Shown: positions 25,502 through 27,457 of the stretch, one piece after another
How the letters are laid out: the number at the start of each line of letters is the position of its first letter
Position numbering within the stretch: position 1 is the stretch's first letter
DNA from: an uncultured Hyphomonadaceae bacterium
GTDB lineage: Bacteria; Pseudomonadota; Alphaproteobacteria; Caulobacterales; Hyphomonadaceae
Reading direction: 5' to 3'
Length of the DNA: 27,457 nucleotides
Assembly (NCBI GenBank): GCA_964467505.1
Contig: CAYXQV010000005.1
Location: 1-27,457 of the forward strand
Position numbers and translations under genes: made by a program
Notes under the pieces: model-generated
Told to the model about the DNA's origin: nothing
Seen by the model: the letters and a program-made list of their open reading frames with translations, nothing else
Database searches by the model: none

Positions 25502-27384
25502 AGTCGCTGGCGCTGGCTGTTATCGGCCATGTCGACCATGGCAAGACATCGCTGGTGCGCGCGCTGACAGGAATGGACACTGACCGCCTGCCCGAGGAGA
25601 AAGCGCGCGGATTGTCCATCCTGCCCGGCTTTGCCTATCGTGACTTTCCTTCCGGAACCGTCGATTTTATCGACACGCCCGGCCATGAGGACTTTATCGC
25701 CGCCATGGTGTCCGGCACGGCGGGTGCGCGCGCTTTCCTGCTGGTGGTCTCGGCGGTGGAGGGCATTGCCCGCCAGAGCGCCGAGCATCTGGAAATCGCC
25801 GCCAGTCTCGCCATTGGCCAGGGCCTTGTCGCCATCAGCCAGTGCGACCGGCCAGATGCTCGCGCGCTCGGTGAACTGACAGGCGAGGTGGAGGCACTGC
25901 TGCGAGCACATGGCGCTGACGGCACGGAAATCGTGGCGTGTTCGGCAGGCGCCGATCCGTCAACCGGCGCCCTGGAAGCCGCGATTGACCGGCTGATCAC
26001 CGCCTCCCCGCCAGCTGCCAGCCTGCCAGCCTCCTTCCTGCCCATCGACCGTGTGTTCAGCATTGACGGGCACGGCCTCGTCGTCACCGGCACGCTTTGC
26101 GGTTCGCCGCTGCATGTTGGCGCGCAAGCAGAATTGCGCCCCTCGGGACACAGCGCCGTGATCCGGGCCCTGCAGTCACGCGGCGAGGCGTGCGCGAGCG
26201 CAGAGCCGGGCACACGCGTTGCGGTCAACCTTCGCGGTGTCTCTCGAAGCGAGGTGGCGCGCGGGGGCGTTCTTGTCACTCCGGGATGTTTTCCCGCCTC
26301 ACACCAGATCGACCTGCATGTCAGCATGGCTGCAAGCGCGCGCGCGGGCCTTGGGCACATGGACATGGTGCGCGCACTGTTTGGGGCATGCGCGCTGACG
26401 GCATCGGCGCGCCCGCTCGAGACCGAATGGATCGCCCCGGGCAAGAGCGGGCTTGTGCAATTGCGGTTCGAGCGCGAGGTGACGGCCTTTGCCGGCCAGA
26501 GATGCCTGCTTCGCCAGCTTTCACCGCCGGCCACGCTCGGCGGCGGCGTGATCCTCGACCCGTGCGCACGCGCCTTCCGGAGACGCGGCCGCGCAGTGAC
26601 CCGCGCCCTGCATGGCGCACGCCTCGGCGACGTCTCAGCGATTGCCCGGGCCCTTGCCGAGGGTTCGCGCGGCGCTGGCGCCATTGATGATATTGCCCGC
26701 CTTGCCCGCACTCATCCCGCGCAGATAGAGCAGGCGCTCCCTGCTGGTTTCATTGCCCTTGGTGGGGGATACATCGCGCCGGGCGACGCCATCGACGCGC
26801 TCGAGCCTGAGTTCATCGACGCTGTCGAGACCGCGCATTCCACAGCTCCAGCCCGTCCTGGCGCGTTGGCAGGTGAACTGCGCAACGGTCTGCAGCGCAA
26901 CTGGTCGCCCGCTCTCGTCGCCTTCGCCCAGCAAAGACTGGTCGGCCAGGGCAGGCTGGTCGCGCGCGGCGGTTTCCTCGCAGACCCGGCACATGACCCG
27001 GAAGCTGCATTGTCGCCGCGCGACAAGGCGCGTCTTGTGGAACTGGAACACACGCTGCGCGAAGGCGGCGCCTGCCCGCCCGAACCGGGGCAACCAGGCG
27101 CGGAAGGCAGCGAACCGCTGCTCGACCTGCTGGTCGCTGCGGGCCGCGCTGTCAGGCTGTACAATACGTCCCTGAAGCGCTCGATCGTCTTTCATGCAGA
27201 CGCGATCGAAGCGGCACGCGCACGGCTCGCGGAGAAGTTTCCGCAGGGCCATTGCTTCACCACAGGCGAGGCGCGTGAAGCCCTGTCGACGACGCGAAAA
27301 TATATCGTGCCGCTGCTGGAACATCTCGACACGCTGGGACACACGGTCCGTGAAGGTGACGCGCGCCGCCTGAATGCGGTTTGA
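25498..27384 (+). CDS. selB: Selenocysteine-specific translation elongation factor
   Basis: [59 protein letters not shown]-terminal winged helix [13 protein letters not shown]; ATGA overlap with selA. Confidence 0.95.
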   Translation: MKSLALAVIGHVDHGKTSLVRALTGMDTDRLPEEKARGLSILPGFAYRDFPSGTVDFIDTPGHEDFIAAMVSGTAGARAFLLVVSAVEGIARQSAEHLEIAASLAIGQGLVAISQCDRPDARALGELTGEVEALLRAHGADGTEIVACSAGADPSTGALEAAIDRLITASPPAASLPASFLPIDRVFSIDGHGLVVTGTLCGSPLHVGAQAELRPSGHSAVIRALQSRGEACASAEPGTRVAVNLRGVSRSEVARGGVLVTPGCFPASHQIDLHVSMAASARAGLGHMDMVRALFGACALTASARPLETEWIAPGKSGLVQLRFEREVTAFAGQRCLLRQLSPPATLGGGVILDPCARAFRRRGRAVTRALHGARLGDVSAIARALAEGSRGAGAIDDIARLARTHPAQIEQALPAGFIALGGGYIAPGDAIDALEPEFIDAVETAHSTAPARPGALAGELRNGLQRNWSPALVAFAQQRLVGQGRLVARGGFLADPAHDPEAALSPRDKARLVELEHTLREGGACPPEPGQPGAEGSEPLLDLLVAAGRAVRLYNTSLKRSIVFHADAIEAARARLAEKFPQGHCFTTGEAREALSTTRKYIVPLLEHLDTLGHTVREGDARRLNAV

Positions 27385-27408
27385 CGCGTTGGTGTGCGCG
27401 GTTAAGCT
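27381..27408 (+). promoter_or_regulatory. Possible sigma70-type promoter for selC, overlapping the selB stop
   Basis: TTGACG-N16-TAAGCT, 12 nt upstream of the tRNA-Sec 5' end. Confidence 0.5.
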
Positions 27409-27420
27409 TGATTGCAGGCT

Positions 27421-27457
27421 GGAGGTGACTGGAGTCTGGTGGCTTCCCTGGTCTTCA
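27421..27457 (+). tRNA. selC: tRNA-Sec (UCA), 5' part, truncated by the window end
   Basis: GGAGGTGA (8-nt acceptor strand) - CT - GGAGTC TGGT GGCTTC (6-bp D stem with 4-nt loop) - C - CTGGT - CT TCA (UCA anticodon). Same layout as bacterial tRNA-Sec, directly after selAB. Confidence 0.9.

Noticed and set aside
1-27457. CRISPR array, prophage genes, integrase or transposase
   Set aside because: No regularly spaced repeat-spacer array and no such protein motifs were seen on either strand

Overview
GC-rich alphaproteobacterial chromosome segment. The gene set and order look Caulobacterales/Hyphomonadaceae-like, which is an inference. Left arm, minus strand: gap - Uma2 - SAM methyltransferase - pgk - Uma2 - class I fba - thiE - efp - two tiny membrane ORFs - suhB - radical SAM protein - rarA (partial). 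Middle: an ABA4/DUF4281 gene, a sigma32-type operon (CnoX-like thioredoxin-TPR, Lon-N domain, Trm112, DUF971), an ArnT-like glycosyltransferase, GST, a lipoprotein, metY, an acyl-CoA ligase, a sulfotransferase, rpiA, glmU, a HAD phosphatase and a small unknown protein. Two copies of a 200-bp nested palindromic MITE-like element lie at gene ends. Right end: tRNA-Val(CAC) followed by a selenocysteine-decoding cluster: selA, selB and the 5' part of tRNA-Sec (selC, UCA anticodon, cut by the window edge). The most notable items are the Sec cluster with no selD or selenoprotein client in view, hairpins in the selA leader, a non-canonical SelB G4 motif, the nested MITE, and small accessory genes inserted into housekeeping operons.
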